DNA of 64,000 nt from an uncultured candidatus Porisulfidus sp. Its GTDB lineage: Bacteria; Pseudomonadota; Gammaproteobacteria; Poriferisulfidales; Poriferisulfidaceae. Position 1 is the first letter of the stretch. The number at the start of each line of letters is the position of its first letter. The stretch covers positions 448,001 through 512,000 of the forward strand of contig OZ241993.1 in the NCBI GenBank assembly GCA_965204575.1, given 5' to 3'. Below are positions 10,002 to 18,968 of the stretch, in pieces. The position numbers were made by a program, and so were the translations under genes. The notes below the pieces were generated by a model. The model made no database searches. It saw only the letters and a program-made list of their open reading frames with translations, and was not told the DNA's origin.

Positions 10002-10136
10002 ATGAAACGAACCTTTCAGCCCAACAATTTGCGCCGCAAGCGGACGCACGGATTCCGCGCCCGCATGCGGACTCGTGCCGGGCGCGCCATTCTTAATGCC
10101 CGGCGCCGCCGCGGTCGTGCGCGACTCATCCCCTGA
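10002..10136 (+). CDS. rpmH: 50S ribosomal protein L34 (missing from the ORF track)
   Basis: Translated by hand: [44 protein letters not shown]. Confidence 0.97.
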   Translation: MKRTFQPNNLRRKRTHGFRARMRTRAGRAILNARRRRGRARLIP

Positions 10137-10497
10137 GCCGGAAGAAGCCCCCGGGCGATTCTCTTTCCCGCGCAGCCGCAGGCTGGTTCATTCGCATCAG
10201 TTCCAGAATGTCTACCGGCACCGGAAGACGAAGCGTGCGCATGGCCGCATCGTTTCTTGCGTATGGGTGCCGAACGGACAACCGGCAGCACGCCTGGGGC
10301 TCGCTGTCTCGAAACGCGCGCTGCGGCGCAGCTCTGCCCGCAACACGTTCAAGCGCCTGGTGCGCGAACACTTCCGGCTCCACTCCCTGTCCGGGATGGA
10401 TTTGATCGTCAGCTGCCGCCGAGGCATCCGCCCCCCGCTCGACCGGCGGGCGATCCGTCTTGATCTTGCCGACCTTTGGGACAGGATCAGGCCATGA
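10117..10497 (+). CDS. rnpA: Ribonuclease P protein component (start uncertain: GTG 10117 or ATG 10096)
   Basis: [31 protein letters not shown]. Confidence 0.9.
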   Translation: MRDSSPEPEEAPGRFSFPRSRRLVHSHQFQNVYRHRKTKRAHGRIVSCVWVPNGQPAARLGLAVSKRALRRSSARNTFKRLVREHFRLHSLSGMDLIVSCRRGIRPPLDRRAIRLDLADLWDRIRP

Positions 10498-10727
10498 CCC
10501 GTTTTCTCATCGGCCTGTTGCGCGCCTACCAGTACCTGCTCAGTCCGTTTTTCGGACAGCACTGCAGGTTTACGCCGACCTGCTCGCAGTACGCCATCGA
10601 CGCTCTGCGCGAACACGGCCCCTGGCGCGGCAGCATGCTCGCGGCAAGGCGCGTGCTGCGTTGCCACCCCTGGCACCCGGGGGGATTGGATCCAGTGCCG
10701 GAACGGAGGCGCACCCATGGGTGGTGA
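10494..10727 (+). CDS. yidD: Membrane protein insertion efficiency factor
   Basis: [34 protein letters not shown]. Confidence 0.93.
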   Translation: MTRFLIGLLRAYQYLLSPFFGQHCRFTPTCSQYAIDALREHGPWRGSMLAARRVLRCHPWHPGGLDPVPERRRTHGW

Positions 10728-12411
10728 TCCCCGGCTGTTCCTGTACGGCGCCCTCGCCATCATGCTGTTCCTGGTCTGGCAAACCTGGGAACTGGAGAAG
10801 GCCCCTCCTTCTGTAACTCCGCAAGCTTCGCAGCAGCGACCGGCTCCGGGGGAAGGGGCTCCGGACATGCCGGCACCCCGAGCGGAGGACATGCCCGAGG
10901 CCCGGCAGGCCGAGCCCGCCGCCGACCTTCCTAACGAAGCCTTGCCCGAGCGCCGTGACTGGGTCAAGGTGCGGACGGATGTGTTGGACCTGCGGATCGA
11001 CACCGTGGGCGGAAACGTCATGCAGGCAGACCTTCCCCAGTACCCGGTCTCCCTCGAAAAGCCGGACGTTCCCACACGACTCTTGTATGTCGGCAATGAG
11101 AAATACGTCGTGCAGAGCGGGCTGACGCACGACACGAGCGGTGATCTGGATCTCAGCCACCGGGCGCCCAGCCATCATTCGCCCTATCAGGCCGATCGGC
11201 TGCAGTACGATTTTTCCGAGGCGACCGAACCGGAAACCGTCACCCTGCGTTGGAACGGGCCGGACGGCATCCAGGTGCTCAAGCATTTCCGCTTCACACC
11301 GGGCCAATACCTGGTCGACGTCACGCACGAAGTACGCAACCAAGGGACGGAAGACTGGGTCGGTCGGCAATACCGCCAGTTGCGACGCAGCGCCGGGCGC
11401 GCGCCGGATCGAACCTCGCTCCTGTTTGGCAACACCGAGGCCATTTCCTTCATTGGTGCGGCCTATCACGATTCCGAGACTTACCACAAGCTGTCGTTCG
11501 AGGACATGGACGAGGAGCCGTTCAGCGCAAACCTGATGGACGGATGGGTGGCCATGCTGCAGCACTATTTCGTTTCCGCCTGGGTGCCTCCACGCGGGGA
11601 TGTCGAACGGTACTACACCCGGGTCGTGCGCGGAGGGCGTTATCCCGAATACCTCATCGGCATGCATTCGCCCGCCCAGCGCATCGCGCCTGAAGCCAGC
11701 GCCCGGTTTTCCTCACAACTGTACGTCGGGCCGAAAGAGCAAAACAAACTCAAGGAGATTGCCAACGGCCTGGAATTGACCGTGGACTACGGCATCCTCA
11801 CGATCCTGTCGAAACCCCTGTTCTGGGTCCTGGACAATATCTACTGGCTGACCGGCAACTGGGGCTGGTCGATCGTGCTGCTGACGGTCCTGATCAAACT
11901 GGTGTTCTACAAACTGTCCGAGACCAGCTACCGGTCAATGGCGAAGATGCGCAAGTTCGCACCGCGGGTGCAACAGCTGCGCGAACGCTACGGCAGCGAC
12001 CGCGTGAAGATGAACGAGGCGATGATGAAGATGTACCGGGAGGAGAAGGTCAACCCGCTGGGCGGCTGCTGGCCGATCCTCGTGCAGATCCCGGTCTTCA
12101 TCGCACTGTACTGGGTGCTTCTGGAAAGCGTGGAGTTGCGCCAAGCCCCGTTTATCGCCTGGATTCATGACTTGTCGGTGCGCGATCCGTACTACGTCCT
12201 CCCGGTGCTGATGGGTGCGAGCATGGTCGTGCAGACCAAGCTCAATCCGACCCCCCCGGACCCGTTCCAGGCCAAGCTGATGATGGCGTTGCCGATCGTG
12301 TTCACGGTCTTCTTCCTGTTCTTCCCGGCCGGGCTGGTCCTGTACTGGCTGGTCAACAACCTGCTCTCGATCGCCCAGCAGTGGTTCATCATCCGGCGCA
12401 TGGACGCGTAG
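10717..12411 (+). CDS. yidC: Membrane protein insertase YidC
   Basis: [41 protein letters not shown]. Confidence 0.97.
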   Translation: MGGDPRLFLYGALAIMLFLVWQTWELEKAPPSVTPQASQQRPAPGEGAPDMPAPRAEDMPEARQAEPAADLPNEALPERRDWVKVRTDVLDLRIDTVGGNVMQADLPQYPVSLEKPDVPTRLLYVGNEKYVVQSGLTHDTSGDLDLSHRAPSHHSPYQADRLQYDFSEATEPETVTLRWNGPDGIQVLKHFRFTPGQYLVDVTHEVRNQGTEDWVGRQYRQLRRSAGRAPDRTSLLFGNTEAISFIGAAYHDSETYHKLSFEDMDEEPFSANLMDGWVAMLQHYFVSAWVPPRGDVERYYTRVVRGGRYPEYLIGMHSPAQRIAPEASARFSSQLYVGPKEQNKLKEIANGLELTVDYGILTILSKPLFWVLDNIYWLTGNWGWSIVLLTVLIKLVFYKLSETSYRSMAKMRKFAPRVQQLRERYGSDRVKMNEAMMKMYREEKVNPLGGCWPILVQIPVFIALYWVLLESVELRQAPFIAWIHDLSVRDPYYVLPVLMGASMVVQTKLNPTPPDPFQAKLMMALPIVFTVFFLFFPAGLVLYWLVNNLLSIAQQWFIIRRMDA

Positions 12412-12424
12412 TGCCGCAACCGGC

Positions 12425-13759
12425 ATGAATTCCGGCGACACGATCGTCGCTTTGTCCACCCCGCCCGGGCGCGGCGCACTCGCCCTGATTCGCGCGAGTG
12501 GCCCCCAGGTTCCGGACCTGACCCGCCAACTCAACGGTGGGGTGCTTCCCGCACCTCGCGCCGCTTCTCTTCGGGTGCTTCACGACGCCCAGGGCCGCAC
12601 GCTGGATCAGGGCGTGCTGACGTTCTACCCGGCTCCCGCTTCGGCCACCGGCGAAGACGTACTGGAAATCTCCTGCCACGGTGCACCCGCAGTCGTCGAG
12701 GCCTTGCTGTTCCGTTTGCGTTCGCTGGGCGTACGCCCGGCCGAACCCGGCGAATTCAGTCGACGGGCATTCGAGGCCGGGAAGATGGATCTGGCTCAGG
12801 CCCAGGCGGTCGCCGACCTGATCGCCGCGACCACGGGACGGGCGGCCCGGTGCGCCGCAAGGGTGCTAAAAGGCGATATTTCACGCGAAATATCATCTAT
12901 CTTGCAGGAAATAGTCGATATCAGGGTCTATATTGAAGGGGCTTTGGACTTTCCTGACGAAGATGTGGACTGGCTGGCGGAATCCGATTTCGGCACCCGG
13001 TTATCAGCACTTTCGGACAAGGTGGAACAATTGGTTCGTCGGGCGCGACAGGGGCGGACGGTCGCCGCGGGAATCCGCTTGGCGCTGCTCGGCCCGCCCA
13101 ATGTCGGCAAGTCCAGCCTGCTTAATCATTTCACCGGCGCCGACACGGCAATCGTGACCGCGCAGCCCGGCACCACCCGGGATGTGCTGACGGCCTCGTT
13201 CCAGATCGACGGCATTCCACTGATCCTGGCCGACACCGCCGGCATTCGTGCGGCGGAGGCCGAAGCGGAGATTGAGGGGATCCGCCGCAGCTGGCGTGCC
13301 GCCGAGGAAGCCGACCTGATTTTGCAGATGTTCGACGCTCATGCCGGCTGGAACGAAGACGATCAAGAAATAAAGAATCGTTTGCCGGAACGCCCCGCCT
13401 TGATCCTGGCCAACAAATGCGACTTGCTGCCCGACGGAATTCCCGGATCCGGACCCGAAGAAGCCATCCGCCTGTCGGCGAGACTCGGCCACGGAATCGA
13501 AACGCTCAAGCAACGGATCATCCAACTGCTGGAACTTGAAAATGCGCTGGAGGAAGACGAATTCATGGCGCACCAGCGGCAGATCGACGCCTTGCTTGAG
13601 ACCGGCGAAGCATTGAAACGCGCCGCCCAGGCCCAGGGTGGCGAACTGATTGCGGAAGAACTTCGCCTCGCACAGGAGGCCTTGGGTGCCTTGACCGGCG
13701 AATTCACCGCCGACGATCTGCTCGGGGAAATCTTCAGCCGGTTCTGCATCGGAAAATGA
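12425..13759 (+). CDS. mnmE: tRNA modification GTPase MnmE
   Basis: DTIVALSTPPG, GPPNVGKSSL, GTTRD, DTAG, NKCD, C-terminal FCIGK. Confidence 0.97.
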   Translation: MNSGDTIVALSTPPGRGALALIRASGPQVPDLTRQLNGGVLPAPRAASLRVLHDAQGRTLDQGVLTFYPAPASATGEDVLEISCHGAPAVVEALLFRLRSLGVRPAEPGEFSRRAFEAGKMDLAQAQAVADLIAATTGRAARCAARVLKGDISREISSILQEIVDIRVYIEGALDFPDEDVDWLAESDFGTRLSALSDKVEQLVRRARQGRTVAAGIRLALLGPPNVGKSSLLNHFTGADTAIVTAQPGTTRDVLTASFQIDGIPLILADTAGIRAAEAEAEIEGIRRSWRAAEEADLILQMFDAHAGWNEDDQEIKNRLPERPALILANKCDLLPDGIPGSGPEEAIRLSARLGHGIETLKQRIIQLLELENALEEDEFMAHQRQIDALLETGEALKRAAQAQGGELIAEELRLAQEALGALTGEFTADDLLGEIFSRFCIGK

Positions 13760-13843
13760 AAACCCTGTCTCTTGTCATAAGTCGGTAACAGCAAATCCCC
13801 ATACTCTCCCGGCACCGCACCCGCGGCTGATTAAATCTCTTCC

Positions 13844-14515
13844 ATGCAACCGACTTTAGCCCGGCGCCTGACCGCCGAATTCCTCGGCACGCTCTTCCTG
13901 CTGGCCACCGTGGTCGGGTCCGGCATCATGGGCGAGACTTTGGCCGGTGGCAACGACGCCATCGCGCTTCTCGGCAACACACTCGCGACTGGCGCCATCC
14001 TTGCCGTGCTGATCCTGGTTTACGGCCCGGTCTCGGGAGGCCATTTCAATCCCGCGGTCACCCTCGGGTTCCTGATCCACAGGGAAATCGCTCCGCGCGC
14101 CTCTCTCGCTTACGTGTCCGTGCAGATTGCCGGAGGGTTGTGCGGGGTCTGGCTCGCGCATGTCATGTTCGGTGAGCCGGCGTTCACGGCATCGCTCAAC
14201 GCGCGCACCGGCATTGGCGTCTGGGTCGGCGAATTCATGGCGACTTTCGGTCTCTTGGCCACCATATTCGGATGCTTGCGCTACTGCGCGGCCGCAGTGC
14301 CGTACGCGGTTGGGCTGTTTATCTCCGCCGGCTACTGGTTCACTTCATCGACCTCCTTCGCAAATCCTGCCGTCACGATCGCCCGTTCGTTCACTGATAC
14401 GTTCTCCGGAATACGGCCGGAAGACGCCCCGTGGTTCATCCTCATGCAACTGTTCGGGGCCATCGTGGCCACCATGGTGATGGGCTGGCTGCTTCACAAG
14501 CCTGCCGAGAAGTAG
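13844..14515 (+). CDS. MIP/aquaporin-family channel (AqpS-like subgroup)
   Basis: AEFLGT, SGGHFNPAVT and TSFANPAVTIAR (two NPA motifs). Confidence 0.88.
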   Translation: MQPTLARRLTAEFLGTLFLLATVVGSGIMGETLAGGNDAIALLGNTLATGAILAVLILVYGPVSGGHFNPAVTLGFLIHREIAPRASLAYVSVQIAGGLCGVWLAHVMFGEPAFTASLNARTGIGVWVGEFMATFGLLATIFGCLRYCAAAVPYAVGLFISAGYWFTSSTSFANPAVTIARSFTDTFSGIRPEDAPWFILMQLFGAIVATMVMGWLLHKPAEK

Positions 14516-14570
14516 AATACGGTTCGGATTCTAACGCCTCCGCCAACGCTGGCGGAACCTTGTTTTTCCG

Positions 14571-16028
14571 ATGATCGTCGGCTCTTTCATTTTCTTCCTG
14601 GCCCTGTTCCTGGGCATCGGGCTGTACGCGCACCTGCACTCGCGTCATAGCCACCGCGACTACCTGCTGGCCAGCCAAGAGACTCCGCCCTGGCTTGCGG
14701 GGCTTTCGGCCGGCGCAACCGCCAACAGCGGCTACATGTTCACCGGCCTGATCGGTTATGCCTATCTGGTCGGCTTGCCTTCCATCTGGTTGGGGCTTGG
14801 AATGATCATCGGCGACATCGTCGCCTCGTCCTTCATCCACCGCCGCCTGCGTTCGGTCACGAACATGGGGCAAGCCGAGACCTACGCCGGCATCCTCAGC
14901 CACTGGAATGGCACGGACTTTCGAATGTATCGTCATCTGGCCGGATTCGTGTCCCTGATTTTCTTGTCCACGTATGCGGCGGCACAGTTCGTGGCTGGCA
15001 GCAAGGCGCTGCATGTGCTGTTTGGCTGGGAAGAATTCGTCGGAGCCCTGATCGGCGCGGCCATCGTGGCGAGCTACAGTTGGGCCGGAGGAATCCGGGC
15101 TTCGATCTGGACGGATGCCCTGCAAGCCATCGTCATGATGGTGGCGATGATCGTGCTGCTTGTGATCGCACTTGATTTCATGGGCGGGATATCCGCTGCC
15201 TGGGCTGCGTTGGATGCGGTCTCTCCGACACACATGGACCTGATTCCCCCGGACCTGCAGTTCGGCGCACTGGGGCCGTTGCTGTTCGGCCTGGGCTGGG
15301 TCGTCGCGGGGTTCTGCGTTGTTGGGCAACCGCACATCATGGTGCGCTTCATGACGCTGGACCGTTTGGAAAACACCAACCGGGCACGCGCCTACTACTA
15401 CGCCTGGACATTCCTGTTCGGCTTGGTCGCCACTGCCATGGGGCTTTTGACCCGGGTCCTGCTTCCCCCCGATATCGTGTTTGATGCCGAGTTGGCGCTG
15501 CCGACCGTGGCGCTTGATTTGCTTCCGGGAATCCTGGTGGGAGTCGTGATAGCAGGAATGTTCGCCGCCACCCTTTCTACGGCCGACTCCCTGATCCTGA
15601 GTTGCGCCGCGAACCTGACCGATGATTTCGCCCCGGAAGATCGCCTGCCTCTGGTCATCGTCAGGGGCGGCACGCTCCTGATGACACTGGTGGCATTGGC
15701 CATCGCCCTGTCCGGGGATCAGAGCGTCTTTACGCTGGTGATTCTTGCCTGGTCCATGATGGGGGCGGTGTTTGCCCCCTTGATCACCGTGTACGCGCTA
15801 GGCGGGCGGCCGAACCAGCCGCTGGCGATCGCCATGCTGGTCTCTGCTGTTGCCTGCGTCGTGCTCTGGCAGATGACTCCGGAGCTCGCGCTCTACTACA
15901 AGGGATTCCTCGGTTTCATTGTCGGCTTTGTGGTGTATCTGATCGGCAGCCGCCTCGGTCTGACCATCGGAAAATCCGACACGGCTAGGGATTCTTTCCT
16001 GCACCATGCCGAGACAGAGAGGCACTGA
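14571..16028 (+). CDS. Sodium:solute symporter (PutP-like)
   Basis: About 13 hydrophobic segments; GGIRASIWTD, GQPHIMVRFM, AATLSTADS. Confidence 0.88.
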   Translation: MIVGSFIFFLALFLGIGLYAHLHSRHSHRDYLLASQETPPWLAGLSAGATANSGYMFTGLIGYAYLVGLPSIWLGLGMIIGDIVASSFIHRRLRSVTNMGQAETYAGILSHWNGTDFRMYRHLAGFVSLIFLSTYAAAQFVAGSKALHVLFGWEEFVGALIGAAIVASYSWAGGIRASIWTDALQAIVMMVAMIVLLVIALDFMGGISAAWAALDAVSPTHMDLIPPDLQFGALGPLLFGLGWVVAGFCVVGQPHIMVRFMTLDRLENTNRARAYYYAWTFLFGLVATAMGLLTRVLLPPDIVFDAELALPTVALDLLPGILVGVVIAGMFAATLSTADSLILSCAANLTDDFAPEDRLPLVIVRGGTLLMTLVALAIALSGDQSVFTLVILAWSMMGAVFAPLITVYALGGRPNQPLAIAMLVSAVACVVLWQMTPELALYYKGFLGFIVGFVVYLIGSRLGLTIGKSDTARDSFLHHAETERH

Positions 16029-16049
16029 GCCGGAAGTGCGGCTCTTATC

Positions 16050-16676
16050 TCACGAAACTGACGTCCCGTTCTCCAAGTACGTGCGCAAGGCGTCGCGAGC
16101 CGCCTCAAGCCCAAGGCCGGTGCGGGCCGACACCAGACTGACCGGCAGTTCGTCCCAATCCTGAAGCGCTTTCCGTAAATCGATCAGGGTGCGCTGTGCC
16201 TTGGAGCGCGACAACTTGTCCGCCTTGTTCAGCAAGACATGCACGGGTAAACCCACGGCGCTGCACCATTCCAGCAACTGCTGGTCGCTGTCGCGCAACG
16301 GGTGGCGGATATCCATGAGCAGCATCAGGCGAACCAGGCTTTGCCGGCCTCGAAGATATCCTTCCACCATGCGTTGCCAGCCTGCACGCTCGGTTTTGGA
16401 CGCACGCGCGAAGCCATAGCCCGGCAGGTCCACCAGGCGGCGTGTTTCGTCCACGGCAAAAAAATGGAGCAGGCGGGTTCGACCCGGGTCCGCACTGGTC
16501 CGCGCCAGCGCGCGCCGTTCGCAAAGAGCATTAATCACGCTCGATTTGCCGACATTGGAACGCCCGGCAAAGGCCACTTCCACCCCTTGGTCCGGCGGGC
16601 AGTCTCCCACCTTAGGATGCCCGGACAGGTAGGCAGTCTGGCGCAGATCCAAAATCCGCGGGAAATCCTTAGTCAA
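16050..16676 (-). CDS. yihA: Ribosome biogenesis GTP-binding protein YihA/EngB
   Basis: EVAFAGRSNVGKSS, PGRT, VDLPGYG, NKADK. Confidence 0.95.
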   Translation of the reverse strand: MTKDFPRILDLRQTAYLSGHPKVGDCPPDQGVEVAFAGRSNVGKSSVINALCERRALARTSADPGRTRLLHFFAVDETRRLVDLPGYGFARASKTERAGWQRMVEGYLRGRQSLVRLMLLMDIRHPLRDSDQQLLEWCSAVGLPVHVLLNKADKLSRSKAQRTLIDLRKALQDWDELPVSLVSARTGLGLEAARDALRTYLENGTSVS

Positions 16677-16706
16677 TCTGTCACCGCCCTGCCATTCGAT
16701 CGGGCT

Positions 16707-17171
16707 TCACGATCCCGGCTCGTGAAGGAATTGTACGATTCCGTCACCCGCCTCGTCAGGGGACAATTCCACCGTATTGATGTGCAATTCCAGGTTCTCC
16801 GGGGGCTCGTAGGGAGAATCGATGCCGGTGAAGTGCGGCAACTCGCCTCTCCGGGCCTTTGCTCGTTCTGCACGAAACGGGAAGATGATGGCGACGATGG
16901 CGACCAGGCCGGCAACCACCATCAGCTTGGCGACCTCGGAGACCCGGCGGATGTCCTCTACCCGGTCAGCAGGCGTAAAGTCGAGATCCCGGCTCAGCCC
17001 GAGCCGGATATTGTCCCCGTCCATAAGGTACGTATGCTGGCCCAGAGCTTCAAGCTTTTTCTCCAGCAGACCCGCGATTGTCGATTTGCCGGCGCAAGGC
17101 AGGCCCGTCAGCCAGAGGATGCGAGGCTGTTGGTTCAAGGCACGCGCCCGCGTGGCTTTGTTGATGCTCAT
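16707..17171 (-). pseudogene. cysC: Degenerate adenylyl-sulfate kinase (CysC domain) with an internal deletion
   Basis: [36 protein letters not shown] present; the roughly 30-aa segment normally between PFRAER and KARRGE is absent. Confidence 0.7.
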
Positions 17172-17310
17172 CCGAAGCCTTGCTCTCGATCACGGAAAGT
17201 CCATTCTAGCGATATTCTTGGCTGCGCTTTGGCTTCGACCCGAACTGCGGCCGAGAAGAGCGATTTTGCTACAATGGCGCGCCTGTATGGGATACCCTTC
17301 CAGCTAATCA

Positions 17311-17940
17311 ATGATTCGGCACTGGATCTGGGCGGCGCTCGCGCCCGGCATCGTTTTTATGGCATCCCCGGCCTTCGCCGAGGGCGATCCCGCTGCCGGA
17401 CAAGCCCGCGCGACCGTTTGCGCGGCCTGCCATGGCGTCGATGGAAACAGCATCAACCCGGAATGGCCCAGCCTGGCCGGGCAGGGCGCCGCCTACATGG
17501 TGACCCAGTTGAAACGGTTCCAGTCCGGCGATCGCGAAAACGTTTTGATGCAACCGCAGGCTGTCCTGCTGTCCGAACAAGATATTCTGGACGTGTCTGC
17601 CTTTTACGCAACGCAAACACCCAAGATCGGTGTTGCCCAGGCCGATACCAAAACCCTGGAGCTGGGTGAACTGGTTTACCGCGGCGGCATTCTCGACCGG
17701 AACATACCGGCCTGCATCTCCTGCCACGGCCCGACCGGCGCCGGCAATGACCCTGCCGAGTTTCCGCGGCTGGCCGGCCAACATGCCACCTATACCATCC
17801 TGCAGTTGAAATCCTTCCGCGAAGGATTCGAGGCGCACAAGCTCCACACCCGGCAGAATCCCATGATGAACGAGGTGGCAGCCAAAATGACCGACGAGGA
17901 AATCGAGGCTGTCGCACACTATATTTCCGGCTTGTATTGA
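17311..17940 (+). CDS. Di-haem cytochrome c4
   Basis: Signal peptide; CAACH and CISCH; PSLAGQ and PRLAGQ; typical yihA/c4/dsbA neighbourhood. Confidence 0.92.
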   Translation: MIRHWIWAALAPGIVFMASPAFAEGDPAAGQARATVCAACHGVDGNSINPEWPSLAGQGAAYMVTQLKRFQSGDRENVLMQPQAVLLSEQDILDVSAFYATQTPKIGVAQADTKTLELGELVYRGGILDRNIPACISCHGPTGAGNDPAEFPRLAGQHATYTILQLKSFREGFEAHKLHTRQNPMMNEVAAKMTDEEIEAVAHYISGLY

Positions 17941-18605
17941 TGACTCCCTTGCGACTCGCCACGCTCGGGCTGGCGAGCCTGTTGACGGCCACCGCGCCCG
18001 CCCACGAAGCCGCGGATCATCCCGACTACAAGTTCGAAGAGGGCCAGCACTACACCGTGCTGGAGAATATCCCGCCTGCCGAAGTGCCGGAGGGAAAAAC
18101 CGAACTGATCGAATTCTTCTGGTACGGCTGTCCGCACTGCTACAGATTGGAACCGTTACTCAAGCCCTGGCTTGAGGAGCGAACCGACACGGTTCACGTG
18201 CGGCTCGTCCCGGCCGTCTTCAGTGCACGATGGGTGGTGGGTGCCCGGGTGTACTACACCTTGGAATTGATGGATCGATTGGATCTGCACCCCATCGTCT
18301 TCAACCTCGTACATGAGCAGGGCCGCCCGCTGCAGTCCGGTGAAGGGGTCGGGCGCATGCTGGAAATCTTTGAGATTGACCCGGAGGCTTTCGCGGAGAC
18401 GTTCCGCTCGCAGGCGGTCACCGACCGACTGGAAGAGGCGCGGGAATTGCCTAAGGCCTACGGCATCGACGGTGTGCCGGCTCTAGCCGTAGACGGACGA
18501 TACCGGATCACGACCCGAAACGCGACGAATTACCAGATGCTTCTGGATATCACAGATTTTCTGATTCACGAAGGGATTTACATACAAGACGATCCAAAAA
18601 AGTAA
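17937..18605 (+). CDS. dsbA: Thiol:disulfide interchange protein DsbA
   Basis: Signal peptide; EFFWYGCPHC; GVP cis-Pro loop. Confidence 0.92.
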   Translation: MMTPLRLATLGLASLLTATAPAHEAADHPDYKFEEGQHYTVLENIPPAEVPEGKTELIEFFWYGCPHCYRLEPLLKPWLEERTDTVHVRLVPAVFSARWVVGARVYYTLELMDRLDLHPIVFNLVHEQGRPLQSGEGVGRMLEIFEIDPEAFAETFRSQAVTDRLEEARELPKAYGIDGVPALAVDGRYRITTRNATNYQMLLDITDFLIHEGIYIQDDPKK

Positions 18606-18638
18606 GGCCCCCGCATAGACAGTGCCGGGGGGCCTTTG
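18596..18638. terminator. Probable bidirectional terminator at the end of dsbA
   Basis: aaggcccccg...ggggggcctt stem, A-run on the left, ttt on the right. Confidence 0.6.
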
Positions 18639-18754
18639 GAAATGCCGCACACGGCGGCTTTGCTACTGTCAACCGTGTGCGAATGCTAGATGGGATCGTC
18701 TAGCGTGTAGTTCCCTTCACGAAAAGCCCTGAGCCTCAGGGCTCACCGACTTCC

Positions 18755-18885
18755 AAAAAACAAGCAGCGACCTCGGCGGCATGCCCGGGGTCTGCTGGCT
18801 TTAAGGGGGAGGTGGCTCCGGTGCAAACAGAGGGCTTTGAACCGGAGCCGAACCGTACCCGACAGGGGATCCCGGATACGGTGAT
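18755..18885 (-). ncRNA. Candidate ~130-nt sRNA downstream of polA
   Basis: Two stems with C-rich loops (18852-18882, 18814-18849), unpaired ACCUCCCCCUUA, then a GC stem plus U-run (18755-18796); sigmaE-like promoter directly upstream. Confidence 0.6.
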
Positions 18886-18890
18886 AACCA

Positions 18891-18918
18891 TTGAGAGGCG
18901 ACGCGGATCGAAAAGTTC
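18891..18918 (-). promoter_or_regulatory. SigmaE/AlgU-type promoter
   Basis: Minus strand GAACTT (18918-18913)-16 nt-TCTCAA (18896-18891). Confidence 0.6.
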
Positions 18919-18968
18919 CAGCCCTCTCGACTTGTAGTGTACCGCATACTGCACTTCCCCGCTACCGG

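Noticed and set aside
13844-14515. Arsenic-resistance operon
   Set aside because: Aquaporin resembles AqpS, but no adjacent arsC/arsH/arsR; the ArsR at 19-345 belongs to the secB cluster
18606-18968. 6S RNA, CsrB/RsmZ-type RNA, or the 72-aa ORF at 18736-18954
   Set aside because: Short local hairpins rather than one long rod; no regular GGA loops; the ORF has no recognisable features and overlaps promoter and terminator signals
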